From an uncultured Planctomycetota bacterium (GTDB taxonomy: Bacteria > Planctomycetota > Planctomycetia > Isosphaerales > Isosphaeraceae), in the NCBI GenBank assembly GCA_963823665.1, contig CAWGMQ010000003.1, forward strand, positions 1,376,001 to 1,440,000: a DNA stretch of 64,000 nucleotides. The letters run 5' to 3'. A program made the position numbers and the translations under genes. Below the pieces are notes generated by a model. That model did not search any database. It was not told where the DNA came from and saw only the letters and a program-made list of their open reading frames with translations. Shown here one piece after another: positions 32,864 to 43,084 of this stretch; positions within the stretch are counted from its first letter, which is position 1, and the number at the start of each line of letters is the position of its first letter.

Positions 32864-35692
32864 TCAGCGGCGCCGGGTCTTGGTGCCCGGCTCATTGCCC
32901 AGCAACTCGATCGCTTTGTCATGCGTGTTCTGGCCGGCGATGGCGATCGCCTGCGTCACGTGCGGTTGCTTGGACTCAGCCACCACTCGCACCCGCGCGT
33001 GTGCGCGTTTGGTATTGCTCTTGCCCGTTACACCGGTGACGGCACCACCCGAGGACGACTTGGGCGGATCGACGACCGCCGATGAAGGTGGAACATACCC
33101 GTCTTTGGACGGCACTAACGTGCCGACGATTCTGTGGTAGGTCGCGATCTGTGCCACGAACTCGCCGCCCGGCCGGCCATTGCCGGTGGGGAAGGTTTCA
33201 TAGAAATTGCCCGACAGGGCGTTCTCGGCGTTGTCCTCGATGCCGCGGTTAGCGCTCCCGGAGTCGATCACAATCGTGTAGAGACCCCCGCGCAGCACCT
33301 TGCCATGCTGGAAGACCACCGTAACAACCACCGGGCTCGTCGGCGTGGTGCCCGGGGTCACGGTGATGCTGGTGGGAAGGATGAGCGGCAAGACGTGCAC
33401 CTTGCTCGACAATGGCTTGGCCGAAAGATGATAAAACGCACTGTCCTCGATACTGGCCATGTCCATGCCGCTTGAGTTGTCCTGGAAAGTGACGGTCAGG
33501 GTGCCGTCGAAACGGTCGAACGCGAGGGCTGTAATCACGGGACCAAGCGTGTCGATCTCGAGCGATGGCGTGATCGTCACAGGACCAGCCGTGGTATTGC
33601 CGTACTGGTCGATTGCGGTCGCCGTGAAGGTGTAGGTGTTGGTCGGCAGCGCCACCACCGAAGTGATGTTCCAGCTCCCGTTGGCCTCGGTGACGCCGGT
33701 ACCGATCTGGATTGCCGAACCGCCGCTCGTCGGCGCCGCAAAAAGTGTGACATGTGAAAGCGGCTCGGACGTGCCGTAGAAGTCTGGCTGGTTGTCGTTG
33801 GTCACGTCGCTGGTGCTGGTCGACTGCCCGCTGATCGAAGCCGGATTGACCGCGCCGGTGATGACGATCGGGACGTCGGCGACCGCCGCTGTGTTGGAGA
33901 TTGCGAGGGTCAAACCATCCTGGTCGTGGATGTTGACAGTGATCGGGTAACGACCGATGCCGCCGTTGACTCCGGCGTCGGCGTAGGTATGCGTGCCGCT
34001 GACCAGGAACGCGGTGCCCGGTCCTCCCGGCTGCGAGACGGTGCCGGCCGATTCGGGCATGCCATCCCCCCAATCGATCTCGACATAGTTGTATTCGCTG
34101 ACCGTGGAGGCCGGGTTGGTGTTGGTGAACGAGGCGACCGGACCCGAGAAGGCCACGCCTTCGGTCGTGGAGACGGTCGGTTGGGTGGCGGAGGGGATGA
34201 GTCCGGCGACCGTTGCGTCGGCATCAGGCGTGAACGTGATCGCACCCAGGAGCCCCTCAGTTTGGCCGGCGAGTCCAGCCGTGAAGTACACAGCGCCCGT
34301 GGTGCCGCCCGAGCCGCCGTTGCCTGGCAAGAGGCTCCACAAACCGGCGTTGGCGATCGTCCCATTGGGGCTCGTCAACGTGCCCGCGAGTGTGGCCGGC
34401 GTGGTGGCGAGGTCGAGTGCGACGATCGTTCCGTTCCCAGACGTGGAAGTCGCATTGCCGAAGTTACCGACCAACAGATCGCCGGCAAAGGAGCCGAAGC
34501 CGGTTGGCGCAATGGCCATCCCCCACGGTCCCTTGAGATTGGTGCCCGCCGTGTCGGTGTAAACCCGGGCGATGAAATTGCCGCTGGTGTCGAATTCGTC
34601 GATATACCCGCCGCCCGTGGTCACAATTCCAGAAGGCTGCGCATAGGCCACGAAGAGGTCGCCGTTCAGGAGTGTGATGTTGTACGGTTCATAGCCCACG
34701 ACGGCATTCGGATCGGTGAACTTGCCGGCGAAGATGGTGCTGGAGACGTTGGTGAAGGAGGGACTGAAGACGTCGATGCCGTTGGCACCGGTTGTGCCGG
34801 TGAAGTCGGCGGCATAGAGATAGAAGGTGGAGCTGGCGCTTCCCTGGGCCAGCCCGGTGAATGCGGTGCCGGTGACTGTGGCGGCTGTCAGGGCCGAGCT
34901 GGAGCCGCCGTTGGATGCCGGGTTCCAACCGGCGATCGTGCCAGCGAGGGTGGAGAAGAGGAAGTCGGAGCGGACCGGACCGCTCGGTCCCGGGATGTTG
35001 AAGTCGGTTGCCGCGGTGTCGGCGTTAAAGACCTGCCCGGTCGGGCCGTTCGGCGTGGCGACCGGCGGGATCGTTACAGTGAGCGCCTGCTTGATCGGGG
35101 TGCCGTTGGGGTTGTAGAGCGTTGCCAGCGCCGAGCCCTGGTCGGATACCCAGATGGGACTGGTCGCGCTCGAGGATGTGCCCCAGGGATTGATGAGACT
35201 CGGATCGGTCACGCCGGCCGTGCCCGCCACACTTGAGACCACGTTGGTCTGGTTGAACGCGTTGGTGGCGTACAAAGTGCCGTTGGTTACGTCCTTGATC
35301 GTCACTGTGATCGAGAACGAACCGGGAGTCGCATACGTGTGACTGCCCGGAACGTGAAAGAGGTCGGAGGCGTCTTCGGTGATGATGCCCGCCGTGGGAT
35401 TACTGCCGTCACCCCAGTTGATCGTGGCGGTGAAGTCAGAAGCAACGGCCGTCGAATCGGTGTCGTTGAACGTCGCGACGTCTTGCGTGACTGACACACC
35501 CTCGACGGCGGGAAGTGCGAGTGCCTTGAGATTTTGGATGTTGTTGAGATCGAGCGAAAGCAGCGTGCGATTCTCGAGCGCCTCAGGCCATGAGCTCCAA
35601 CGGCGCGAGGCGCCCGCGGCGCGGGCCCTTCGGCTGGATTGCGAACCGGCGGTCCCGAAGTGGCGCATTGTCTCCGCTAGTAGGCGATTCAT
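32864..35692 (-). CDS. TIGR03118-family extracellular protein with PKD/Ig-like domains
   Basis: LENRTLLS planctomycete motif; DPSLINPWG, WVSDQG, GPTGQVFN, GDLLVGNFG, FTAG; INWGDG repeats. Confidence 0.85.
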   Translation of the reverse strand: MNRLLAETMRHFGTAGSQSSRRARAAGASRRWSSWPEALENRTLLSLDLNNIQNLKALALPAVEGVSVTQDVATFNDTDSTAVASDFTATINWGDGSNPTAGIITEDASDLFHVPGSHTYATPGSFSITVTIKDVTNGTLYATNAFNQTNVVSSVAGTAGVTDPSLINPWGTSSSATSPIWVSDQGSALATLYNPNGTPIKQALTVTIPPVATPNGPTGQVFNADTAATDFNIPGPSGPVRSDFLFSTLAGTIAGWNPASNGGSSSALTAATVTGTAFTGLAQGSASSTFYLYAADFTGTTGANGIDVFSPSFTNVSSTIFAGKFTDPNAVVGYEPYNITLLNGDLFVAYAQPSGIVTTGGGYIDEFDTSGNFIARVYTDTAGTNLKGPWGMAIAPTGFGSFAGDLLVGNFGNATSTSGNGTIVALDLATTPATLAGTLTSPNGTIANAGLWSLLPGNGGSGGTTGAVYFTAGLAGQTEGLLGAITFTPDADATVAGLIPSATQPTVSTTEGVAFSGPVASFTNTNPASTVSEYNYVEIDWGDGMPESAGTVSQPGGPGTAFLVSGTHTYADAGVNGGIGRYPITVNIHDQDGLTLAISNTAAVADVPIVITGAVNPASISGQSTSTSDVTNDNQPDFYGTSEPLSHVTLFAAPTSGGSAIQIGTGVTEANGSWNITSVVALPTNTYTFTATAIDQYGNTTAGPVTITPSLEIDTLGPVITALAFDRFDGTLTVTFQDNSSGMDMASIEDSAFYHLSAKPLSSKVHVLPLILPTSITVTPGTTPTSPVVVTVVFQHGKVLRGGLYTIVIDSGSANRGIEDNAENALSGNFYETFPTGNGRPGGEFVAQIATYHRIVGTLVPSKDGYVPPSSAVVDPPKSSSGGAVTGVTGKSNTKRAHARVRVVAESKQPHVTQAIAIAGQNTHDKAIELLGNEPGTKTRRR

Positions 35693-36312
35693 CGGTGCAT
35701 CTCCCGGCTGTTCAAGACCCAGATGGACAACGGACGCAGAACGGGCCTGCCTTCTCGCCTGAGACGCCGGTGGTGTCGCGCGGGACGATGTCCGGCCGCT
35801 CACCGCTGCCGCGGCAAGCGCGTTTCTTCCTCGTCGCCGACTTTCTGGGATTGCACGGCACCCTGGTGCGGCTGACGGTCGCTTCAATGGCGTTACGCCG
35901 ACCCTGGGGTCTCGTCGCTACGGACCATTCCCTCGCGACGCAAGCCCGCGATCACGTCGGTCGGCGCCTCACCCTTGCAGCGAGCACGCGGCTCCAGCAG
36001 GACTTTCAAGGCACGTTGTTGCAGCGCATCAGAATCGTTCTTGAATGCTCGATCTCCCCGCCGTCGATCGCACGGAGCAGGCCGCGTTGGTCCAAGTCTT
36101 GACGACCAACGCGTTCGCATAACCCGCCAAAATGGCGTCCGCGTGAGTCTCGGAAGTCTGAAGTCAAGCAATTGGCAAGCGAAGGTGGGAGACTTGCAAA
36201 AGCTGCGCCGGCGGCGCAAATTTTGCAGCGCGAGCGCGGCCCGACGCTTCGATCGCGCCATTTCCGCGGCTTGGTGACAATCGTCAAGCGCGGTCAGGCC
36301 GACTTCTTGCAG

Positions 36313-36452
36313 TCTCGTTTTCGTTCAGGCCAGGGATGATTGGGGACACTGGCACCCGCACCGGAATTCCCGGATCGGCGAGAAGCTTCATCGCTCGAAT
36401 TCTCGCCAAGGCGGGTGTGTTTGTCTCGATCATATCGCTTAACGATATGCTG
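36313..36452. pseudogene. Scrambled fragments of a PA0069-type radical SAM gene
   Basis: Plus strand AGVFVSIISLND matches AGVFVSITSLDD; minus strand RIRAMKLLADPGIPVRVPVSPIIPGLNENE matches RLKAITALADAGVPVGVMVAPLIPGLTEHE of 31501-32595. Confidence 0.75.
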
Positions 36453-36656
36453 GAATCTTTGTGTGTTTCACCCACCCTACGCGGACACTCCGTCTTGGTT
36501 GCGGCTCTTCGCTGCTTTGGGTGCGGTCGACTTACAGCCGGGCGACGACGTTTTGGTTGTCATCGACGGGCGGGAAGTCCGGCGGATCGCTTTTGCGGAT
36601 TTGATCCCGTGAGTGCAGTGCCTGGAACAACAATGCAAGCAGAATCCCTTCGCGGA

Positions 36657-38308
36657 GAGGCTGTCATCTTTTGGCCGCGTTGCGGTAACTCGGCCGTTGG
36701 GCCTAGTCGGCTGTGATTCACCGCTTGGTCGCTCGGTTAGTGCCGCCGATTCACGCCAGTTCTCCAATAGCCCAGCCGTTGACGCAAACGCGCTTTCCTA
36801 TTTTGTCCCTTTTTTGCAAAGTACCGCTCATTCCGCCAGTTTGCCCATCGCTGGGCGCAGTCTCCCTGCGACAACCAGGTTGTGAGCAATTGCAAACAAC
36901 AATGCGACGGCGCGGCAACGCGGTTGGCCACGCACGGGCATAAACCAGAATCCTCGATTGCGAGCCTGGGCGTTGACCCACTCGGCTGTTTGGCCTCGCA
37001 GCCGGTAGATCAGCTTCGCGGCCTCGGTCCCCATTCGGATCCGCCAAGCGGCAACCGCTTCGCTGTCGCCCTTCTTTGCGGTGTAGGGATCTTCTCCATT
37101 TGCCTGTTTCTTTTTCTCGTCTCTGATCGGCCCGTATACGATGCAGCCGCGTTGGGCCGCCTGATCGATCGAGTCCTTGGTCGTGAAGCCACCGTCAACC
37201 AATGCCTCATCCGGAATTCGTTCGTAACGCTCCTCCAACTGGTCGAGCATGGGCGGAAGTTCTTCGCCATCGTTCCCTGCGTTGGTCACCTCCACACCCA
37301 CAATCACACCGCTTTCGGTGTCTGTTGTGAATTGAACGTTATATCCCGGCCGGAATCCTCCGTCTGGAAACTTCATGATCCTCGCGTCGGGGTCGGTGGT
37401 CGAAGCACGCGCTTCCCGCCCCTTGCGGCCGTAGGACTCGTCACGTTCGCGTTGCAGCTCCTCGCACTGCCGCATCGCTTCTTCGATCCGTTGCTGTCGC
37501 TTGTTGGCGGCACGCTCCCGCGCCGCTCGCTGCCGTCGAGTCAGCTCTGCTGTGTCCTCCTCGGCCAGTTTCTTCAGCGCCTCAACCTGCTCCTTCGCCG
37601 CTTTCAGGCACTCCTCCAGGCTACCGCGACGACGAAACGAGCTCTTGCCCGCGCTGGCACGCACTCTCATTCCGTCCTGAGCGACCCGGTCCATTTTCAC
37701 CAACCCGGCATGGAGCAGGGTGCCCACGATCTGCGTGAGCAGTTCGTTCAACTTCTCGCCCCCACAAGCGAGGAAGTGGGACAACATGCTGTGGTTGACG
37801 GTTACGCCGCCGCACAGCCACTGGTACGGCAGACTCCCTTGGTTCTTTTCGCACAGCCGTTCGATTTCACGGGCGCTGCCGACTCCCTTCAATGTGGCGA
37901 AAACCCGCAATCCGACCAGCAAGCGCGGGTCGGTGGCATCTCGGCCGACATGTCGCTCGACGGCCTTGATCTCGCCGAGCCAGGCTTTCAGATCGAGCTT
38001 GCAGACCGCCGCCCAGACGACCCGGGCCGGATGGTCGGCCTCGAGCAATTCATCGAGCGATGCCCAGCGCATCTCGATCTGGTCGCGTACGGGACACCGC
38101 AGCCGCGGCTTGCCAGTTGGCATCGACTGGGCAGCCTGGGCGGGAGAGGGCTGATCGGGCAAGTCTTCTGGGCTAAAGAGAGGAAGTGTCATGACGCTCG
38201 TCCTGCAACACCGGGGCTGCGTGGGGCTCATGCGGCGGACTACATGCATGGTATTAGAACGTGAACACTATACAAAATCAACCCCAACGCCGAAAAAATC
38301 ACAGCCTC
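36657..38308 (-). mobile_element. IS1182-family insertion sequence
   Basis: Terminal inverted repeats GAGGCTGTCATCTTTT / AAAAAATCACAGCCTC (14/16), flanking GGA direct repeat, single transposase. Confidence 0.88.
36828..38192 (-). CDS. IS1182-family DDE transposase
   Basis: LDELLEADHPAR, SAREIERLC, YQWLCGG, QDGMRVRASA, STTDPDARIMK..DGGFRPGYNVQ, LVDGGF, YRLRGQTAEWVN. Confidence 0.92.
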   Translation of the reverse strand: MTLPLFSPEDLPDQPSPAQAAQSMPTGKPRLRCPVRDQIEMRWASLDELLEADHPARVVWAAVCKLDLKAWLGEIKAVERHVGRDATDPRLLVGLRVFATLKGVGSAREIERLCEKNQGSLPYQWLCGGVTVNHSMLSHFLACGGEKLNELLTQIVGTLLHAGLVKMDRVAQDGMRVRASAGKSSFRRRGSLEECLKAAKEQVEALKKLAEEDTAELTRRQRAARERAANKRQQRIEEAMRQCEELQRERDESYGRKGREARASTTDPDARIMKFPDGGFRPGYNVQFTTDTESGVIVGVEVTNAGNDGEELPPMLDQLEERYERIPDEALVDGGFTTKDSIDQAAQRGCIVYGPIRDEKKKQANGEDPYTAKKGDSEAVAAWRIRMGTEAAKLIYRLRGQTAEWVNAQARNRGFWFMPVRGQPRCRAVALLFAIAHNLVVAGRLRPAMGKLAE

Positions 38309-41300
38309 GGAGCGAAGGGCGACAATGAGCAGAAGTCAGGCGGATCGCTGTTGCGGATTTGATCCCGTGAGTAGTGTGCCTGGAACAACAATGCAAGCAG
38401 AGAGCACTTTCGCGGAGCGAAAGGCGACTATCGTCACTTGGCGCGATCGCGCGCGCTTTCGCGGAAATCGAAAACACGCCGTTGTCGCCGGCGATGCCCT
38501 CGTTGTTTCCATCCAGCAAGACGCCGGCGGTGCTACTGACTCCGCCGGGTGGGGTGGCGACAACCGTGATCTGGCCGCCGTCTGTAAATGCCTGTTTGCC
38601 CGCGAGCATCAGGTCAACCGAGTCGGTCGCCGCGTTATAGTCGACAGTGATCGCCAGGGGGTGGAGAATTTGCGTCGTCTTCTTTTTCACGCGCTTGGTG
38701 GAGATCCAGTCGACCTGGTAGTTGGTCGCGCTGCCGGCGTTGGCGGGGTTCATCGCCGTGCTGTACTGGATCTCGAAGCCGGTCAAGACCGGCTTGCCTA
38801 CCGGCTTCTTGTGCTTGTTGAGCTTTCGCGCGGTGAGCACCATCTCGCCGATGATTGTGGGTGGCGGCGGAGGAGGCGGGGCGATGACATTGATCGATAC
38901 CGGCTGCGACATCGTGCCGCCGCTGGTGGCCTCGAGCTGGTAATTGCCAGGTTCGTTGATGCTCAGACCGGAAAACACGGCGACGCCATTCGTCGTGCGC
39001 AGGGTGGCCGTGCCGGCGAGCGTGGCACTTGAGGGGCCGGTCGAGAGCACGATGGTGATGGCGCCGTTGAAATCGGTGTCGACCGTGCCATCGTCGGATT
39101 CGACGGCGGCGGTCAAGCCGAAGCCCGCGTTCACGTCGACCGAACCGGGTGGAGGAGCGGTGATGACGATCTTGAGCGTATCCGTCGGCTGGAGGCCACC
39201 ACTCGCGCTGTCATCGGCGCCGCTGGCCGTTCCCTTGTTGCCGTTCGTTCCCTTGGTGCCTTTGTTGCCGGAGGCGCCTGTGTTCCCGGCGGCTCCGGCG
39301 TTGCCGTCGTTTCCATCAGGGGCGGTATCGCCGTCCTGTCTCGACGCTCCGAGCCCGCCGCGGCCGCCCAGTCCACTCGCGCCTCCGGAGCCACCGTTAC
39401 CGGCTTTTCCGGTGCCGGCTCCGCCGGCTCCGCCTGAACCGCCGGTTACGTTGTTACCTTGATAAGAGACGTTTCCCAGCACGATTGCTCCGCCGCCGAC
39501 GTAGATGCCGCCGCCATTGGCATTGCCGCCATTGCCGCCGTTTCCGCCGGTGCCTGCGTTTCCGCCACGACCTGCGTTGGAGCCGTCGCCGCCATCACCG
39601 CCATCGCCGCCGGCGCCGCTGAATTCAGAGCCGTCGCCGCCATCACCGCCGTATCCGCCGTGCCCACCGCTGCCTCCAATGCCGGTCAACGCGCCATGCG
39701 AGAGGTACTTGCCTGCATCTGCGCCGCCGTTTTCCCCTTTGCCCGCCGGACCGCCCGTCGCCGTGTTGTTTTGGAGCAGGTCGAGAGTCAAGGTGACGGT
39801 GCCTGAAGCGACGGCGATGCCGCCGCCTTGGGCGAGTCCGCCGGCGCCCCCCGTGCCGCCATTGACGGCGTTGCCCGCAATGCCTCCTTCCCCGCCATTG
39901 GCCCCGTGTCCACCTCGTCCTCCAGACGCGCCGGTCACATGACCGGATACTGGAGCACCGCCGTGACCGCCCTCACCGCCGTCGCCGCCGCCGCCGCCGG
40001 CGCCACCGCCACCGCCATAACCGAGGCCAAGGGCAAATTCCCCGCCGTTTCCGCCGTCGCCTCCGTGAGCGGTGTTTCCCGTGATGACCGAAGAGGTCAG
40101 GGTCAGGGAGCCGCCGTTTATAAAGATACCGCCGCCAGCACCTGTGCCGCCATCAGCGCCGGGATATGTCAGGCCGCCGTCGCCGCCTGCGCCGCCTTTG
40201 CCTCCGGGCGCTCCGGGACCGCCCTTCCCACCGACGTGGTCCTGGTGGCCTCCTCCGGCTGGGCCGCCTGCGCCGCCGTGGCCGCCCGCGCCTGCCGGCC
40301 CGCCCGGACCTCCGCCAGCGTTGGTGGCGAAGGCTTGAGAACCCTGCTTGGTTCCCGCGTCGGCCCCGGCCGCCGTATTTTGGGTGATTCTGAGGGCTGC
40401 TAGACTCACGGTCCCGTTGGCAACGTAGATGCCTCCTCCCTCCCCAGCCCCGGCAGTGCCCGCCATGCCGCCATCACCGCCGAAGCCGCCGTTGCCGCCG
40501 TTGCCGCCCTTGCCGCCACTGCCACCAGCGATAGAAAACCCATTCGTCGCAACGACGCCCTCGCCGCCGCTGCCGCCCCTGCCGCCGTTTCCGCCCGCGC
40601 CGCCGAGCCCGCCGAACCCGCCGATTCCATTGTGACCGCCGCGAACAGCATTCTGAGCGACCAGGCCGCCCGAAAAGATCATCGTACCACCAGCCACGTA
40701 GATGCCGCCGCCATAGGCGCCGCCGCCGTTGCCGCCGTTGCCGCCGTTGCCGCCATTGCCGGCAGTTCCACCCGCGATGCCGGCAACCCCGGCGTCGCCG
40801 GCCTTGGTCGCATTGGAGCCTGTGGTGCCGTTGGCACCAGGGGTACCGCTGCCGCCGTTGCCGCCGTTGCCCCCCATGCCGCCGACGGCCCCATTGTTTA
40901 TAACGGCCATGCGGAACACACCCGAGGCGCCGGGGTTGTGGAGGGTCGACGAGCTCATGATCAGCTCACCGCCGGCCATGTACACCCCAGCTCCAGCGGC
41001 CGACCCGCCATTGCCGCCGTTGCCCCCATTCTGTCCCACAGCCTTCTTACCATTGCCGCCTTTGCCGCCCGGCCCGCCTTCGTCGTAGTTGTACTGGATG
41101 ACCGTATTGAAGAGCGTCAGTTGCCCGCCTTTGACATAGATTCCCGCACCCTTGGCGGCGGCGCCGTTGCCACCATTGCCGCCGAGTGGCGCGCCGGCGG
41201 CTCCCGAGGCTCCTGTGGCGCGATTCCCGGAGATCGCGACCTTGCTCATCTCGATGCTGCCGCCGCTCACAAAAACCGCGCCGCCATCGGCCGCCGAGTC

Positions 41301-41738
41301 ACCCAGAATCCCGGTCTCGCCTTTAGCATGGCCGCCCGTGATCGTCAGGTTTTTGATGATGACGGTGACGCCCGACGTACCCGCCCCGACCACTTCCAGG
41401 ACGCGATTGTCCAGAGAGGAAGAGCCCGAGAGCACCGTTTGCGACGGTTTCGATCCGGTGCCCTCAATGACGAGCGTCTTGGCAGCGGTTGTCGCGTTCG
41501 TGACGTCGAGGTTGCCGGCCGCGGCGTCGGTCAGCGTGATCGAGGACGTGAGGTTGATTGTATTGCTCGCGGAGCTGTTGCTGTCCGCGGCGGTGATTGC
41601 GGCTCGGAGCTCGGTCTCTGTGCTCACATTAAAGGTGCTGAGCACGATCCGCGGTTCGAGGCCCTCGAGCAGAAATTGGAGCGGCCGCCGGCGCCGGCGC
41701 GTTTTGCAACCTGACAATCGACGACACGAGAGCTTCAT
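38268..41738 (-). CDS. Large Gly-rich (PE-PGRS-like) extracellular protein; the true C-terminus is probably near 38435
   Basis: RRRR..LEGLEPRIVLS motif, GGNGGNGG repeats alternating with GGGIYVxGG beta segments, C-terminal Ig-like domains. Confidence 0.85.
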   Translation of the reverse strand: MKLSCRRLSGCKTRRRRRPLQFLLEGLEPRIVLSTFNVSTETELRAAITAADSNSSASNTINLTSSITLTDAAAGNLDVTNATTAAKTLVIEGTGSKPSQTVLSGSSSLDNRVLEVVGAGTSGVTVIIKNLTITGGHAKGETGILGDSAADGGAVFVSGGSIEMSKVAISGNRATGASGAAGAPLGGNGGNGAAAKGAGIYVKGGQLTLFNTVIQYNYDEGGPGGKGGNGKKAVGQNGGNGGNGGSAAGAGVYMAGGELIMSSSTLHNPGASGVFRMAVINNGAVGGMGGNGGNGGSGTPGANGTTGSNATKAGDAGVAGIAGGTAGNGGNGGNGGNGGGAYGGGIYVAGGTMIFSGGLVAQNAVRGGHNGIGGFGGLGGAGGNGGRGGSGGEGVVATNGFSIAGGSGGKGGNGGNGGFGGDGGMAGTAGAGEGGGIYVANGTVSLAALRITQNTAAGADAGTKQGSQAFATNAGGGPGGPAGAGGHGGAGGPAGGGHQDHVGGKGGPGAPGGKGGAGGDGGLTYPGADGGTGAGGGIFINGGSLTLTSSVITGNTAHGGDGGNGGEFALGLGYGGGGGAGGGGGDGGEGGHGGAPVSGHVTGASGGRGGHGANGGEGGIAGNAVNGGTGGAGGLAQGGGIAVASGTVTLTLDLLQNNTATGGPAGKGENGGADAGKYLSHGALTGIGGSGGHGGYGGDGGDGSEFSGAGGDGGDGGDGSNAGRGGNAGTGGNGGNGGNANGGGIYVGGGAIVLGNVSYQGNNVTGGSGGAGGAGTGKAGNGGSGGASGLGGRGGLGASRQDGDTAPDGNDGNAGAAGNTGASGNKGTKGTNGNKGTASGADDSASGGLQPTDTLKIVITAPPPGSVDVNAGFGLTAAVESDDGTVDTDFNGAITIVLSTGPSSATLAGTATLRTTNGVAVFSGLSINEPGNYQLEATSGGTMSQPVSINVIAPPPPPPPTIIGEMVLTARKLNKHKKPVGKPVLTGFEIQYSTAMNPANAGSATNYQVDWISTKRVKKKTTQILHPLAITVDYNAATDSVDLMLAGKQAFTDGGQITVVATPPGGVSSTAGVLLDGNNEGIAGDNGVFSISAKARAIAPSDDSRLSLRESALCLHCCSRHTTHGIKSATAIRLTSAHCRPSLRGCDFFGVGVDFV

Positions 41739-42081
41739 GTTCGTCACCTCGCGGTGAAGAGGCTGACGGCGGCAAGAACGGGGCGTGACCAAACCCGGAC
41801 GTTCATTTCACCCGGCCGGAGTCGATCCCCTATATAGAAAGGCGCGCTAATCCTCAGTCCTTTCACGGGCTCGCACGGGTTTGCCTGCGCACCGTGCGAT
41901 ATCATGCTAGCGTGGTTGCAATTCGGCGACAAGGAGTGTTCGGATAAAAGTACAAGGAGTGTGCTTTTACGTGTCGGCGAATTCGACCTCGGGACATCGC
42001 ACCCAATTCTGATCTGGCTTGCGAACCGGTAGTGGTTGGTGTCATTCGGCGATGAGTGTGCCTATCCGAACGTTCGGAGAA

Positions 42082-42700
42082 TCAGCAGACTTTGCGCCGC
42101 CAGCGCACCAGAGGGCAGGCGAAGAATGCCAGTGTGGCGAGAAGTCCCAGGATTAGCAGCCCCGCGAGTTGGAGTCCTTCGGTTGCGAGGTGTTCGTGTT
42201 CGACCTGGTCGCGGAAGTAATGATGGAGGGCGGGGTTTGCCGCGGGGACGACGTTGATGGCGGGCAGTTCGCGCTCGAGCTCGGACACGCCGCCGGCTGT
42301 GAGGTTGGGGCCTTTGGTGTGAAGCTCGCGAACCGTGCCCAGCCGCCTCAGGCGTTCGACGGCGTAGGGAACGTGTTCGTCGTCGAGACGCGCAAAGGAA
42401 CACGGTGGGCCGATAGAGCCAGCCCATGCCGATCTTTTCGCGCAGCGCCCGCTCGTACTTGGGACTTAACCTCATCACGATCATGTCGAGCCCTGTGGGC
42501 TCGTCCAGGACGGAAAACACGCCGATGCTTGATAGTTCGGCAACGAGGGCCGTTCGCCGCTGGGCCTGTCTGTACTCACGGGTGAACCACGCGAGGACGA
42601 GCGCTGCCAGACAGATCGTCACGAGCAGGAATTTCAGACCGATGCGATAGCGCCATCGGTGCGGTGTGGAGCTGCGCGCAGCGAGAGTGGACTCACCCAT
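42082..42700 (-). CDS. Hypothetical membrane protein (frameshift near 42390)
   Basis: RWRYRIGLKFLLVTI..LAW planctomycete-type N-terminus; C-terminal TM in ORF 42082-42288. Confidence 0.5.
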
Positions 42701-43002
42701 AGTTGAGCTCGCCGTTGGAATTGAGTTTGATCCGGCTCGGCGACCCTCGTGTGCCGCTGAGAAGGCCGGTTCATGGTTATTCGCCGGCGACGCTCGAAGA
42801 TTCAAGGATCAAGGTACGTTGAACCCCGATGCGTCTCAATGAAGGGCACGCCGCCGGCGCATCGTCGCGCAGGCCAGGGCGCTCAAGAAGCCGATGCCCG
42901 CCATGAGCGCGGCCGGAGGCTCCGGGACCGCCGTGAGTAGGGTATGCGCTCAGTGCCGGCTCGAGTCGACGAAAGTCGTAGGGGGACACAGAACGTCGTT
43001 GG

Positions 43003-43080
43003 GGGGACATAGCGCTTTAGCTGGGGTCGGATAGCAGAGCCTCTTCGCCCACTCAGCGAAGATTAAAGTGCTACGTCCCC
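43003..43080. repeat. MITE-like inverted-repeat element
   Basis: ggggacatagcgcttt ... aaagtgctacgtcccc (14/16 complementary). Confidence 0.55.
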
Positions 43081-43084
43081 GTAT

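Larger units (their letters stand above)
36574..38432 (+). repeat. Tandem ~103-bp duplication, first copy split by the IS
   Basis: gaagtc.ggcggatcgct.ttgcggatttgatcccgtgagt...gtgcctggaacaacaatgcaagcaga at 36574 and 38332, each followed by a REP-like hairpin. Confidence 0.85.

Noticed and set aside
36574..38420. Long direct repeats as IS ends or target-site duplication
   Set aside because: The true inverted repeats are at 36657 and 38308 with a GGA duplication; the long repeats are diverged and predate the insertion.
39459..41757. Pro-rich plus-strand ORFs
   Set aside because: Antisense shadows of the Gly-rich gene.
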